Assembly: GCA_029007575.1 (NCBI GenBank)
Contig: JAQXIB010000148.1
Span: 1 to 34,844, forward strand
DNA length: 34,844 bases
Source of the DNA: Clostridiales bacterium
Lineage (GTDB): Bacteria > Bacillota > Clostridia > Oscillospirales > Ruminococcaceae
Direction of reading: 5' to 3'
Numbering within the stretch: the stretch's first letter is position 1; each line of letters starts with the position of its first letter. Positions 1-6,600 of the stretch are shown here, piece by piece. The notes beneath the pieces are model-generated. The model worked only from the letters and a program-made list of their open reading frames with translations, made no database searches and was not told the origin of the DNA. Position numbers and translations under genes: made by a program.

Positions 1-16
1 TTTCGGAAGATCACAC

Positions 17-54
17 TGTACTTGAAATGTTGAATACGGAAATGTCACACTTGC
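17..54. repeat. Left copy of an imperfect ~37-bp inverted repeat (partner at 1857-1895)
   Basis: tgtacttgaaatgttgaatacggaaatgtcacacttgc aligns with the reverse complement of 1857-1895, tgtatcttgacatgtgaatacggattttgtcacacttgc. The blocks cttga.atgt, gaatacgga and gtcacacttgc are identical. Similarity stops abruptly at 54/55. Confidence 0.7.
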
Positions 55-109
55 CTACAAATAGGTATGAGCCCCAACTGCTATTGCAATTGAGGCTCAT
101 ATTCATATT

Positions 110-170
110 TGGCTCCCCGTGTTGGGCTCGAACCAACGACCCTGCGGTTAACAGCCGCATGCTCTACCAA
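110..170 (-). tRNA. tRNA-Asn (anticodon GTT), 3' ~61 nt only; the 5' acceptor strand and most of the D-arm are missing
   Basis: The reverse complement reads TTGGTAGAGCA-TGCGG-CTGTTAA-CCGCA-GGGTC-GTTGG-TTCGAGC-CCAAC-ACGGGGA-G-CCA. The anticodon stem and T stem pair perfectly and CCA is encoded. The required 5' strand TCCCCGT and the GCTCAG D-arm are absent; the upstream sequence is ...tccgtagtttacatgtacat. Confidence 0.7.
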
Positions 171-257
171 ATGTACATGTAAACTACGGATTTTTCGCTC
201 AATAGGCTTAGAAGCTTGCATATGTATATGCATTCCTTTGCAATAGCCTATCGTCAC

Positions 258-1823
258 TCATACCATGAAAAATTGCTCATAGTCCATATTAAACCTGATG
301 TTCAATTCATATCCTCTTTTGAACTCTATTCTGGATATTAATTGACAAATAATCATCTTTTGTTGTTCCATTGACGCAGATTCAAATTCGTTTGCCCAAC
401 TTTGAAACTGCTCATAGTAATAATCAAGCCGTTTCATTGCTCCTTCCTGATCCAGTATTTCAAATTCCAGATCCGTCAGTTTTTGTTCGTTGATTCGAAT
501 CTGTTCTTTCGATGACTCTATTGCCATAGAGAGCGTATCAATCGTAAACTTACTCTCACCGGCAAGAGCATTCGCTATTTCGTCTGTCAGTCCTTTCAGC
601 TTGCTTTTCAGTTTTTCCGTATCAGCCTCAAGCTTTTTTCGGACTGCTCTACGCTCACTGATTTCTATTGCATACTTTCTCTCCAAAGCAACATTTTTCG
701 GTGTTGTTTTTATTCTGGCAAGATATTCACAAACAAGGTCTTTGACAGCCTTATCTACTTTTGTAGCTACATAGGCTACTTGACCGTCGCAGGATGCATT
801 GTTTCTCATCTTCCCTGTGCAAACATATCGTTGCTTGCGAACTTTGTGAACTGTACCATCTTTACGAATATTTTGATCCACATAACTGGTGGCATTCATT
901 TTAGCACCGCAACTTGCACAGTAAATATTTCCTGACAACAAGGTTTGACCTTTCGTATTTTGCGCGATATGCTGTTTCTTTTGATCGTCATGGGAACGCT
1001 GTTCTAATATATATTGCGTCTGTTGAAACAATCCTTCGTCAATAATTTGAAGTTCGTCTATTTTCTGTGAGCATGCGTTTCCGTTATGCAAATATCCGCA
1101 GTACATCTTATTCTTTAATATCCGATTAATAGTATTACATTGAAAGGCACTGCCATTCATCGTTTTTACACCAAGTTCATTCAAATGCTTTGCCATTCGA
1201 TAAGACCCATATCCGTTTTTTACCGTCATTTCAAAAATCATGCGAACATATTTTGCTGTTTCCTCATTAATTACAATCTTCAGTAATTCTTTTCCCTTTT
1301 TATTGACTTGACCGCTTTTAACCAAGTCATATCCAAGCGGCACTGCCCCGCCGGTATAATTGCCTTCTTCGGTGAGCTGTCTCAGTCTGGTTTTTACCCG
1401 CGTTGAAGTTTTTCGGCTTTCTCCGCCCGCCTGCCAAAACCGCATATAGTTCACAAGATAATCTGCTTCATTATCAAACCTCTGCTGACCTTCCTGTGTA
1501 CTCCACACTTCTATTCCCTGTCCTACAAACCATTCTACTACAAATGGTGTTTCATTCTGTCGTCTGCCAAGTCTATCGAACATAAAGACCAGCAATATAT
1601 CAAACTCGTGTTTTTCAGCTGCCGCTTTAATATCCTGTATTGCATCCCGATCATCAGCTGACACCTTATAGCCTGATATTCCCTTTTCATAAAATTCTTT
1701 GCTGATAATCCAAGCGTCTTGCCTTCCAGCAAACTCATGACATGCTGTTTTCTGCATCGGAATATCATCCTTATCTACCTGACCTTTTGTGGACACTCGA
1801 TACAATGCATATACTCTTTTCAT
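258..1823 (-). CDS. Large serine recombinase (resolvase/invertase N-domain, recombinase domain, zinc ribbon, coiled coil)
   Basis: N-terminal MKRVYALYRVSTKGQ carries the catalytic-Ser motif. Also present are DRLGRR, a Cys-rich zinc ribbon (CASCGAKM...YVCTGK...C) and a long C-terminal coiled coil. The start was moved to the ATG at 1823, which follows the SD GAGGATGA; the ORF track starts at GTG 1838. Confidence 0.9.
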   Translation of the reverse strand: MKRVYALYRVSTKGQVDKDDIPMQKTACHEFAGRQDAWIISKEFYEKGISGYKVSADDRDAIQDIKAAAEKHEFDILLVFMFDRLGRRQNETPFVVEWFVGQGIEVWSTQEGQQRFDNEADYLVNYMRFWQAGGESRKTSTRVKTRLRQLTEEGNYTGGAVPLGYDLVKSGQVNKKGKELLKIVINEETAKYVRMIFEMTVKNGYGSYRMAKHLNELGVKTMNGSAFQCNTINRILKNKMYCGYLHNGNACSQKIDELQIIDEGLFQQTQYILEQRSHDDQKKQHIAQNTKGQTLLSGNIYCASCGAKMNATSYVDQNIRKDGTVHKVRKQRYVCTGKMRNNASCDGQVAYVATKVDKAVKDLVCEYLARIKTTPKNVALERKYAIEISERRAVRKKLEADTEKLKSKLKGLTDEIANALAGESKFTIDTLSMAIESSKEQIRINEQKLTDLEFEILDQEGAMKRLDYYYEQFQSWANEFESASMEQQKMIICQLISRIEFKRGYELNIRFNMDYEQFFMV

Positions 1824-1856
1824 GGTAATCATCCTCACATATCATCATTTCGATAT

Positions 1857-1895
1857 GCAAGTGTGACAAAATCCGTATTCACATGTCAAGATACA
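1857..1895. repeat. Right copy of the imperfect inverted repeat (partner at 17-54); lies in the recombinase upstream region
   Basis: See feature 17-54. This copy contains a perfect TTGACA on the minus strand (1884-1889), ~60 nt upstream of the recombinase start. Confidence 0.7.
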
Positions 1896-2079
1896 TGAAC
1901 ATTTCCTTGCCACAAAGCATATCACAAGAGCTTTCTAATGTCTAGCGATTATTGAAATTTTTATTATAGTCAATTTTCTTTTGATGTGGAAAAAGAGAGC
2001 AAGTTGTGGTACAATCATTTCTGATTTTAAATATGTGCAACAAGTTGTTTTACAAATTCCTTTGGGTTATAATGTTGTA

Positions 2080-2108
2080 TTGAACACGTTTAGGGAATAT
2101 GTTACAAT
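2080..2108 (+). promoter_or_regulatory. Candidate sigma-A promoter for the KilA-N gene
   Basis: -35 TTGAAC (2080-2085), a 17-nt spacer, then an extended -10 TGtTACAAT (2100-2108). Two more -10-like elements lie upstream: TGgTACAAT at 2007-2015, and TTGTTT-17-TATAAT at 2045-2073. Confidence 0.4.
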
Positions 2109-2118
2109 GTATATACAG

Positions 2119-2152
2119 ATTTTAATTATGGCGAATTCGCCATAATTAAAAT
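2119..2152. promoter_or_regulatory. Perfect 34-bp palindrome centred on GAATTC; candidate operator or 5'-UTR hairpin
   Basis: attttaattatggcgaattcgccataattaaaat equals its own reverse complement. It sits between the candidate -10 element and the SD GGAGGA (2163) of the KilA-N gene. Confidence 0.6.
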
Positions 2153-2174
2153 CATCCAAGATGGAGGATATTTT

Positions 2175-2975
2175 ATGTCAAAGATTACTGTAAAAGATAC
2201 AGATATTAATATTACAAAAATTAATGATGAAGATTATATTTGCATAACTGATATGCTAAAAGCGAAAGACGGAGAGTTTTTTATTGCTGACTGGTTGCGC
2301 AATAGAAACACCCTTGAATATATCGGAACTTGGGAAAGTGTATATAATCCCGATTTCAATCTTGATGAGTTTTCTAAAATCACTAATCGTTCCGGCCTTA
2401 ATAATTTCAAAATTAGTGTCAAAGAGTTTGTTGAAAGAACAAAAGCTATTTCAATCACCGCAAAAGCCGGAAGATACGGCGGCACTTATGCTCATAAAGA
2501 TATCGCTTTTGAGTTTGCTATGTGGATCAGTCCGCAATTCAAGATTTACATAGTAAAAGAATTTCAAAGATTAAAGACCGAAGAACAAAAACAGTTGGGA
2601 TGGTCAGCGAAACGCGAGCTGGCAAAGATAAACTATCGCATACATACCGATGCAATTAAAAACAACCTCATACCTGATAAACTTACCACAAGGCAGGTTT
2701 CGGTTGTATATGCAGATGAAGCAGATGTTTTGAATGTTGCCTTGTTTGGTAAGACTGCTAAACAGTGGCGAGAGGAGCATCCCGATTTAAAGGGCAATAT
2801 CAGAGACTATGCCAGTATGAATGAATTGATATGTCTTTCAAATTTGGAAAATATTAATGCAGTGTTAATCAATGAACAGATTTCCCAGACAGAAAGACTC
2901 GTAAAATTAAATCAAATCGCAATCTATCAAATATCTGTTCTGCAGGAATCTGATAATAGAAAATATCTTAAATAA
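2175..2975 (+). CDS. KilA-N domain DNA-binding protein
   Basis: The N-terminal ~125 aa show the KilA-N pattern (ITDMLKAKDG...FIADWLRNRNTLEYIG...YAHKDIAFEFAMWISPQFKIYIVKEF). The C-terminal half is helical. SD GGAGGA lies 7 nt upstream of the ATG. Confidence 0.8.
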   Translation: MSKITVKDTDINITKINDEDYICITDMLKAKDGEFFIADWLRNRNTLEYIGTWESVYNPDFNLDEFSKITNRSGLNNFKISVKEFVERTKAISITAKAGRYGGTYAHKDIAFEFAMWISPQFKIYIVKEFQRLKTEEQKQLGWSAKRELAKINYRIHTDAIKNNLIPDKLTTRQVSVVYADEADVLNVALFGKTAKQWREEHPDLKGNIRDYASMNELICLSNLENINAVLINEQISQTERLVKLNQIAIYQISVLQESDNRKYLK

Positions 2976-3055
2976 ATAACACATAAGGGGCACTCACTAA
3001 GAAAAGTGAATACGCCGTAACGGATGGTGCGGCTGACCGCAGATGGTGCAACCTC

Positions 3056-3103
3056 ATTTTTCTCAAAAACATCAACTAATGCATAAATCACATTTCTTTT
3101 ACC
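3056..3103 (-). pseudogene. Scar: duplicated 3' end of the TnpW-like small gene
   Basis: About 40 of 46 nt are identical to 3661-3705 (tttctcaaaaac.tc...taatgcataaatcacattt.ttttacc). It translates on the minus strand to ...NVIYALVDVFEK, compare NVIYALTDVFEKR in the intact copy. No 5' half is present. Confidence 0.5.
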
Positions 3104-3163
3104 GTTGATAAAAAAATAGTTTTATGGTAAAATAAGTGTAGATAACACGAGGGAGGAATATTT

Positions 3164-3553
3164 GTGACTAACAAAGTGTACACAATTGATGAGATTAAAA
3201 ATATTGTTGCACCCATTGCAAAAGCATATGGCGTTCAAAGAGTATTCCTCTTTGGCTCATACGCAAGAGGCGAAGCACATAATATATTTAATAAGTCTTA
3301 TGATAACTTCAAAGTCAATTCTGTTTACAAAAATGCCGTTTGTCTGTGCCTTATGCAGATTGGTGAACTGACAAACAATCTTTCAGAAGAATTCAAGAAC
3401 AACAACACCGATATTCCTTGGCGCGAAGTCAGAGGCATGAGAAATATCGTTGCTCACGAATACGGTCATATTGACTATGAAATCGTTTGGGAAACAATAG
3501 AAGACGGCATTCCTGTTTTAAAAGAATTCTGCAAAAATAAATTAGGCTTATAA
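3164..3553 (+). CDS. Chimeric ORF: N-terminal 38 aa of an MNT/MntA-type nucleotidyltransferase antitoxin fused to the C-terminal ~90 aa of a HepT (DUF86) toxin
   Basis: aa 1-38 end in LFGSYARGEA, the GS motif of minimal nucleotidyltransferases, but the downstream DxD is missing. The remainder, ...AVCLCLMQIGELTNNLSEEFK...IPWREVRGMRNIVAHEYGHIDYEIVWETI, carries the HepT RX4HXY motif (RNIVAHEY). GTG start with SD GGGAGGA. The junction is near nt 3278. Confidence 0.65.
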   Translation: MTNKVYTIDEIKNIVAPIAKAYGVQRVFLFGSYARGEAHNIFNKSYDNFKVNSVYKNAVCLCLMQIGELTNNLSEEFKNNNTDIPWREVRGMRNIVAHEYGHIDYEIVWETIEDGIPVLKEFCKNKLGL

Positions 3554-3632
3554 TCTATACTCTATGAAAATATATCTATTGACTAATCCATTGCCTTCCA
3601 TCGAAGATATTCAAAAAGTATCAAAAAATAAA

Positions 3633-3803
3633 TTAAATCAGCCCTTTATTCAGCATGACTCTTTTCTCAAAAACGTCGGTTAATGCATAAATCACATTTT
3701 TTACCACAGTCGGATTGGCTTGTTCTGAAAAAGTAAGGTGGACTTTACATCCACTGACTTCTCTGTCTATTTGCATTTTATCATTAACATCTATTTCTTT
3801 CAT
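3633..3803 (-). CDS. Small (56 aa) TnpW-like transposon-associated protein
   Basis: The small ORF ...CKVHLTFSEQANPTVVKNVIYALTDVFEKR resembles, from memory, the short TnpW-type proteins encoded next to recombinases in clostridial transposons. The start is placed at the second ATG, after the SD GAGGAA. Confidence 0.4.
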   Translation of the reverse strand: MKEIDVNDKMQIDREVSGCKVHLTFSEQANPTVVKNVIYALTDVFEKRVMLNKGLI

Positions 3804-4211
3804 TTTCTTTTCCTCATTCATAACAGGCGACGGTTTGTTTTATGCAGACCGCCGCCTTCATTTTAATCAATCGTTTTGTATTTGACCATATTTATTCTCA
3901 ATTTCCGTGGTCACGGCATTTATCAGACTGCCGGCAGCGTACCGACATCACGGGTATTTCAACCCTCCCGAGGTTCTCTCCGAACTGCCCTCATTGCCTG
4001 CAATCTGTGACTGGGCAGGAGTATCATTATCCCTATTGACTATCATCGCCGTACTGGGAGCTACCCAATACCAATAACCGACTGTTTCTCGCTCAACTAT
4101 CAAGTAGTGTCATGGCGCAGTCGTTAAAATGGCTTGCTGGTTTTTCCAACGGCAACTGGAAAGTATCCTATAAATGGTATATTCTTTTTTCAAGCTACAA
4201 ATCCTGTTCCG

Positions 4212-4260
4212 TAAAAAGAGGAAACAGGCGAAGAGAAATTATCCCTTCACCTGTTTCCTC
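4212..4260 (-). terminator. Intrinsic terminator of the sigma-factor gene
   Basis: Minus strand reads TAG-cttctaact-GAGGAAACAGGUGAAG-ggataatttct-CUUCGCCUGUUUCCUC-UUUUU. The stem is 16 bp with one G-U pair, and a U-run follows. Confidence 0.8.
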
Positions 4261-4269
4261 AGTTAGAAG

Positions 4270-4764
4270 CTATTTTTTACACCTGTTTTTGAAAATTATT
4301 GAAAATTTTTTTATTTTGTATTCTGCCCGCTTTATAGCGACAAAAACAGAATGTACAGAACATCTTTCCAGCTCCGCGATTCGCTCATATGTCAGGTCAT
4401 AGAAGTAATATAGAACAAGCCTGCGACGCTGTGTTTCAGGCAGTGCAGCGATTGCATGATACAACCGCTCATTACAAATTCGGAGCCATGCTATATCTTC
4501 CATCAATTCTGCTTTACTTATCGCCCGTTCGTTAAGTGAAGATTCTGTTAGTTCCGAATGTTCGATATATCGGTCAAAAAAGTTGAGATATGATTTATCC
4601 TCCAATTCAAATCGATTGAACAGCGTATACAAAGACTTGTCTATCTTCAGATTATGAAACACACCTTGTCCATCTTTAAAAGATACATACTGTCCATTTT
4701 CACTTATAGATATGGTATACGGATTATCCTTATCTTTCCGTCTTTTCGGATGACTAACATCCAT
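4270..4764 (-). CDS. Sigma-70 region-4 (ECF-like) regulator typical of clostridial conjugative or mobilisable transposons
   Basis: The C-terminus LPETQRRRLVLYYFYDLTYERIAELERCSVHSVFVAIKRAEYKIKK is a region-4 HTH. The N-terminal Y-rich segment resembles ICE-borne sigma-like proteins. Confidence 0.75.
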   Translation of the reverse strand: MDVSHPKRRKDKDNPYTISISENGQYVSFKDGQGVFHNLKIDKSLYTLFNRFELEDKSYLNFFDRYIEHSELTESSLNERAISKAELMEDIAWLRICNERLYHAIAALPETQRRRLVLYYFYDLTYERIAELERCSVHSVFVAIKRAEYKIKKFSIIFKNRCKK

Positions 4765-4776
4765 AACCTTTTTCCT

Positions 4777-4815
4777 CCAATCAATCGTTTTTGAGATTTC
4801 AAAACGATTGATTGG
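4777..4815 (-). promoter_or_regulatory. Perfect 15-bp-stem hairpin or palindromic operator overlapping the SD of the sigma gene
   Basis: ccaatcaatcgtttt (4777-4791), a 9-nt loop, then aaaacgattgattgg (4801-4815). On the mRNA the 3' arm ends in GG, the first two bases of the SD GGAGG located 9 nt before the ATG at 4764. Confidence 0.55.
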
Positions 4816-4869
4816 GGCGGACTACGGCATTTAAAAGTTATTTTAATTTTAGGGCATAATAATACAAAA

Positions 4870-4915
4870 CAGGCATCCAGCTCGAGAAAACTCTCTAACT
4901 GAATGCCTGCTTTTA
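4870..4915. terminator. Candidate bidirectional terminator between the orphan ORF and the sigma gene
   Basis: caggcatccag (4870-4880) pairs with ctgaatgcctg (4899-4909) with one mismatch. It is flanked by aaaac on the left and cttttatt on the right, so a T-run follows on both strands. Confidence 0.45.
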
Positions 4916-4987
4916 TTACTGCAATTATGGTATGTAAAACAGCTTTTTATCTTTACCTATATTAAAAGGTTATGGGGGACTTTATTA

Positions 4988-5638
4988 TTACAGTATAAAA
5001 TCACATCCAGTAAATATACTGTAATAATCAGGCTTTTTACTGTTAAAATTCCAACTGTCCCCATTCGCTGTCACATTCTCGTATGTTTTTAAATATATTT
5101 GTGCATTTCCGCCTCCAATCGCCGAGTGCCAAATTTCAGGTCGCACAGGTGAATTTGATGTAGTGGCAGCATATGAAAAGCTCCATGTATTATTTCCTTC
5201 ATATATCATTTCGCCTGTACCGTTAATAGTAGAGAAGTCCATAGAATAGCAATTTTTATTACAATTATTGTCGGTAGAGCCCGCCAGATAATTAATAATA
5301 CCAGACCATGATAAGCCGTTAGTAGAATATTGTAAGGCAGGCACCATTCTTCCATCACTATCGGCAAAAGTAATTCTAACAAATAGGGGGGGTTCACTGG
5401 CAGCCTGCTTTAAATATCCGATTTGATTGCCTAATTGAATCATGCTCGCAACTCGTTCCCTTGCTGCGAAATTAAAATTATCATATCGATTTGACCGAAC
5501 GCGATAATACCCTTTATACACATCATTTTCATTAACTGTAACATACATCCAATAGCATTTCCCATTCTCATCCCAAGGAATATAAACAACCTCTTGATGA
5601 TGGCGGGATGTTGTTGTTGGATTAGTAGAGGTTGCCAA
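4988..5638 (-). CDS. Hypothetical protein, start uncertain, possibly a 5'-truncated remnant
   Basis: This is a 216-codon ORF with only a TTG at its 5' end and no SD. It opens with a T/S/P-rich linker-like segment (ATSTNPTTTS). I recognise no family. GC is low relative to the glycan locus. Confidence 0.4.
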   Translation of the reverse strand: MATSTNPTTTSRHHQEVVYIPWDENGKCYWMYVTVNENDVYKGYYRVRSNRYDNFNFAARERVASMIQLGNQIGYLKQAASEPPLFVRITFADSDGRMVPALQYSTNGLSWSGIINYLAGSTDNNCNKNCYSMDFSTINGTGEMIYEGNNTWSFSYAATTSNSPVRPEIWHSAIGGGNAQIYLKTYENVTANGDSWNFNSKKPDYYSIFTGCDFIL

Positions 5639-5672
5639 TTATATCTGCTAATGAGAACTTAGATTTTAATGA

Positions 5673-6278
5673 TTATTCACCTTTGTAATGTGGGTAGGTT
5701 CTTTTATCGGATTCGTTTATTTCCCTTACAACCTTACAAGGAACACCAACAGCAACTACATTGGCGGGAATATCTTTTGTTACGACACTTCCAGCGCCGA
5801 TAACCGAATTATCACCAATTGTAACGCCTGCTAAAACGGTTGCTCCTGTTCCAATCCAAACATTGTTTCCAATTTTTATGGGTTTTGCAATTTCGATACC
5901 GTCTTTACGCATTTTGGGGTCAATTGCATGTTCTGCTGTTGTAAAGGTAACATTAGGTGCTATGAAAACATAATCGCCAAATGTAACAGAAGCACCGTCT
6001 TGGACAATAAGGTTGTGGTCTGCATAAAAATAGTCGCCAACTTCAATATTATATCCGTAATCACACCAAAATGGTGGAACAAACATTACTTCCTTACCCA
6101 TTTTACCAAGCAAACTTTTAAGAATTTTTTGTTGCTTTTTATTATCATTAGGGCTTAATTTGTTATAACGATAGCATTTATCTTTGCCAATTCTTATAAC
6201 CTTTTCATAATCAGGGTTATAACTTCCTTTAAAAAAGCAATTAAGCGGAACAAGCGGTCTATTTAACAAAATAATCAC
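5673..6278 (-). CDS. Maltose/galactoside O-acetyltransferase family (Maa/LacA-like, hexapeptide-repeat left-handed beta-helix)
   Basis: Motifs PPFWCDYGYNIEVGDYFYADHNLIVQD...TAEHAIDP...KPIKIGNNVWIGTGATVLAGVTIGDNSVIGAGSVVTKDIPANVVAVGVPCKVVREI are present. The start is either GTG 6278 or TTG 6269, the latter following the SD GAGGTG. Confidence 0.85.
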   Translation of the reverse strand: MIILLNRPLVPLNCFFKGSYNPDYEKVIRIGKDKCYRYNKLSPNDNKKQQKILKSLLGKMGKEVMFVPPFWCDYGYNIEVGDYFYADHNLIVQDGASVTFGDYVFIAPNVTFTTAEHAIDPKMRKDGIEIAKPIKIGNNVWIGTGATVLAGVTIGDNSVIGAGSVVTKDIPANVVAVGVPCKVVREINESDKRTYPHYKGE

Positions 6279-6342
6279 CTCGATTTTTTATTATGTCAAA
6301 ACGATTTATAACACAGTAAAAGAAACGCATCACGGATATTGT

Positions 6343-6600
6343 GTGCTTCCGCTGAACAGGCATAATGCGAAACATCCCAACAAACTTCCAAGCGATTATC
6401 CGATTTGCGAAATAGGACTCGCCATCCACAAGGACGGCAAATGTACCAATGGCGACAAGAAAAATAAAGGCTGTATCAAATATGTCACAATTCCTGATGG
6501 CTACCGACTTTCTATTGACAGCAAGTGTGTTTTTAAGAAAATTTATGCTCTGAGAACCGAAGCAGAACGCTACCATTCAAGACTAAATATCATTTCAATA
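6343..6600 (+). pseudogene. C-terminal fragment of a DDE transposase (IS5/IS1182-like)
   Basis: ...KDGKCTNGDKKNKGCIKYVTIP...FKKIYALRTEAERYHSRLN matches the Cys-cluster plus Y..R...ER..s.l pattern at the C-terminus of many DDE transposases. There is no catalytic N-terminal part. The fragment is cut off by the acetyltransferase gene on one side and the GH123-like gene on the other. Confidence 0.4.

Larger units (their letters stand above)
171..6600. mobile_element. Decayed recombination/regulation end of an integrative (ICE/IME-like) element plus mosaic cargo; the right boundary is uncertain
   Basis: The interrupted tRNA is followed directly by a large serine recombinase. A sigma-70 region-4 gene, a TnpW-like small gene, a KilA-N gene, a TA remnant, an IS fragment and a duplicated gene scar follow. 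There are several low-GC patches. Confidence 0.4.

Noticed and set aside
110-200. Possibility that an intact tRNA-Asn gene is present
   Set aside because: The sequence 5' of TTGGTAGAGC (tccgtagtttacatgtacat) cannot pair with the 3' acceptor strand ACGGGGA and has no GCTCAG D-arm. Only the 3' ~61 nt are tRNA-like.
490-1768. Track ORFs 490-774 (+), 1403-1585 (+) and 1538-1768 (-) inside the recombinase gene
   Set aside because: They are nested in or antisense to a long ORF with clear serine-recombinase motifs. Their sequences are low-complexity and none has an SD.
3842-4402. Plus-strand ORFs 3842-4039 and 4112-4402
   Set aside because: There are no SDs and the composition is odd. The second runs antisense through the sigma-gene terminator and 3' end. 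The region is treated as non-coding or a candidate RNA instead.
6259-6576. Minus-strand 105-aa ORF overlapping the transposase fragment
   Set aside because: I recognise no motifs in it. It overlaps the acetyltransferase start and lies antisense to a frame with transposase-like motifs, so it is probably an artefact of the AT-rich fragment.
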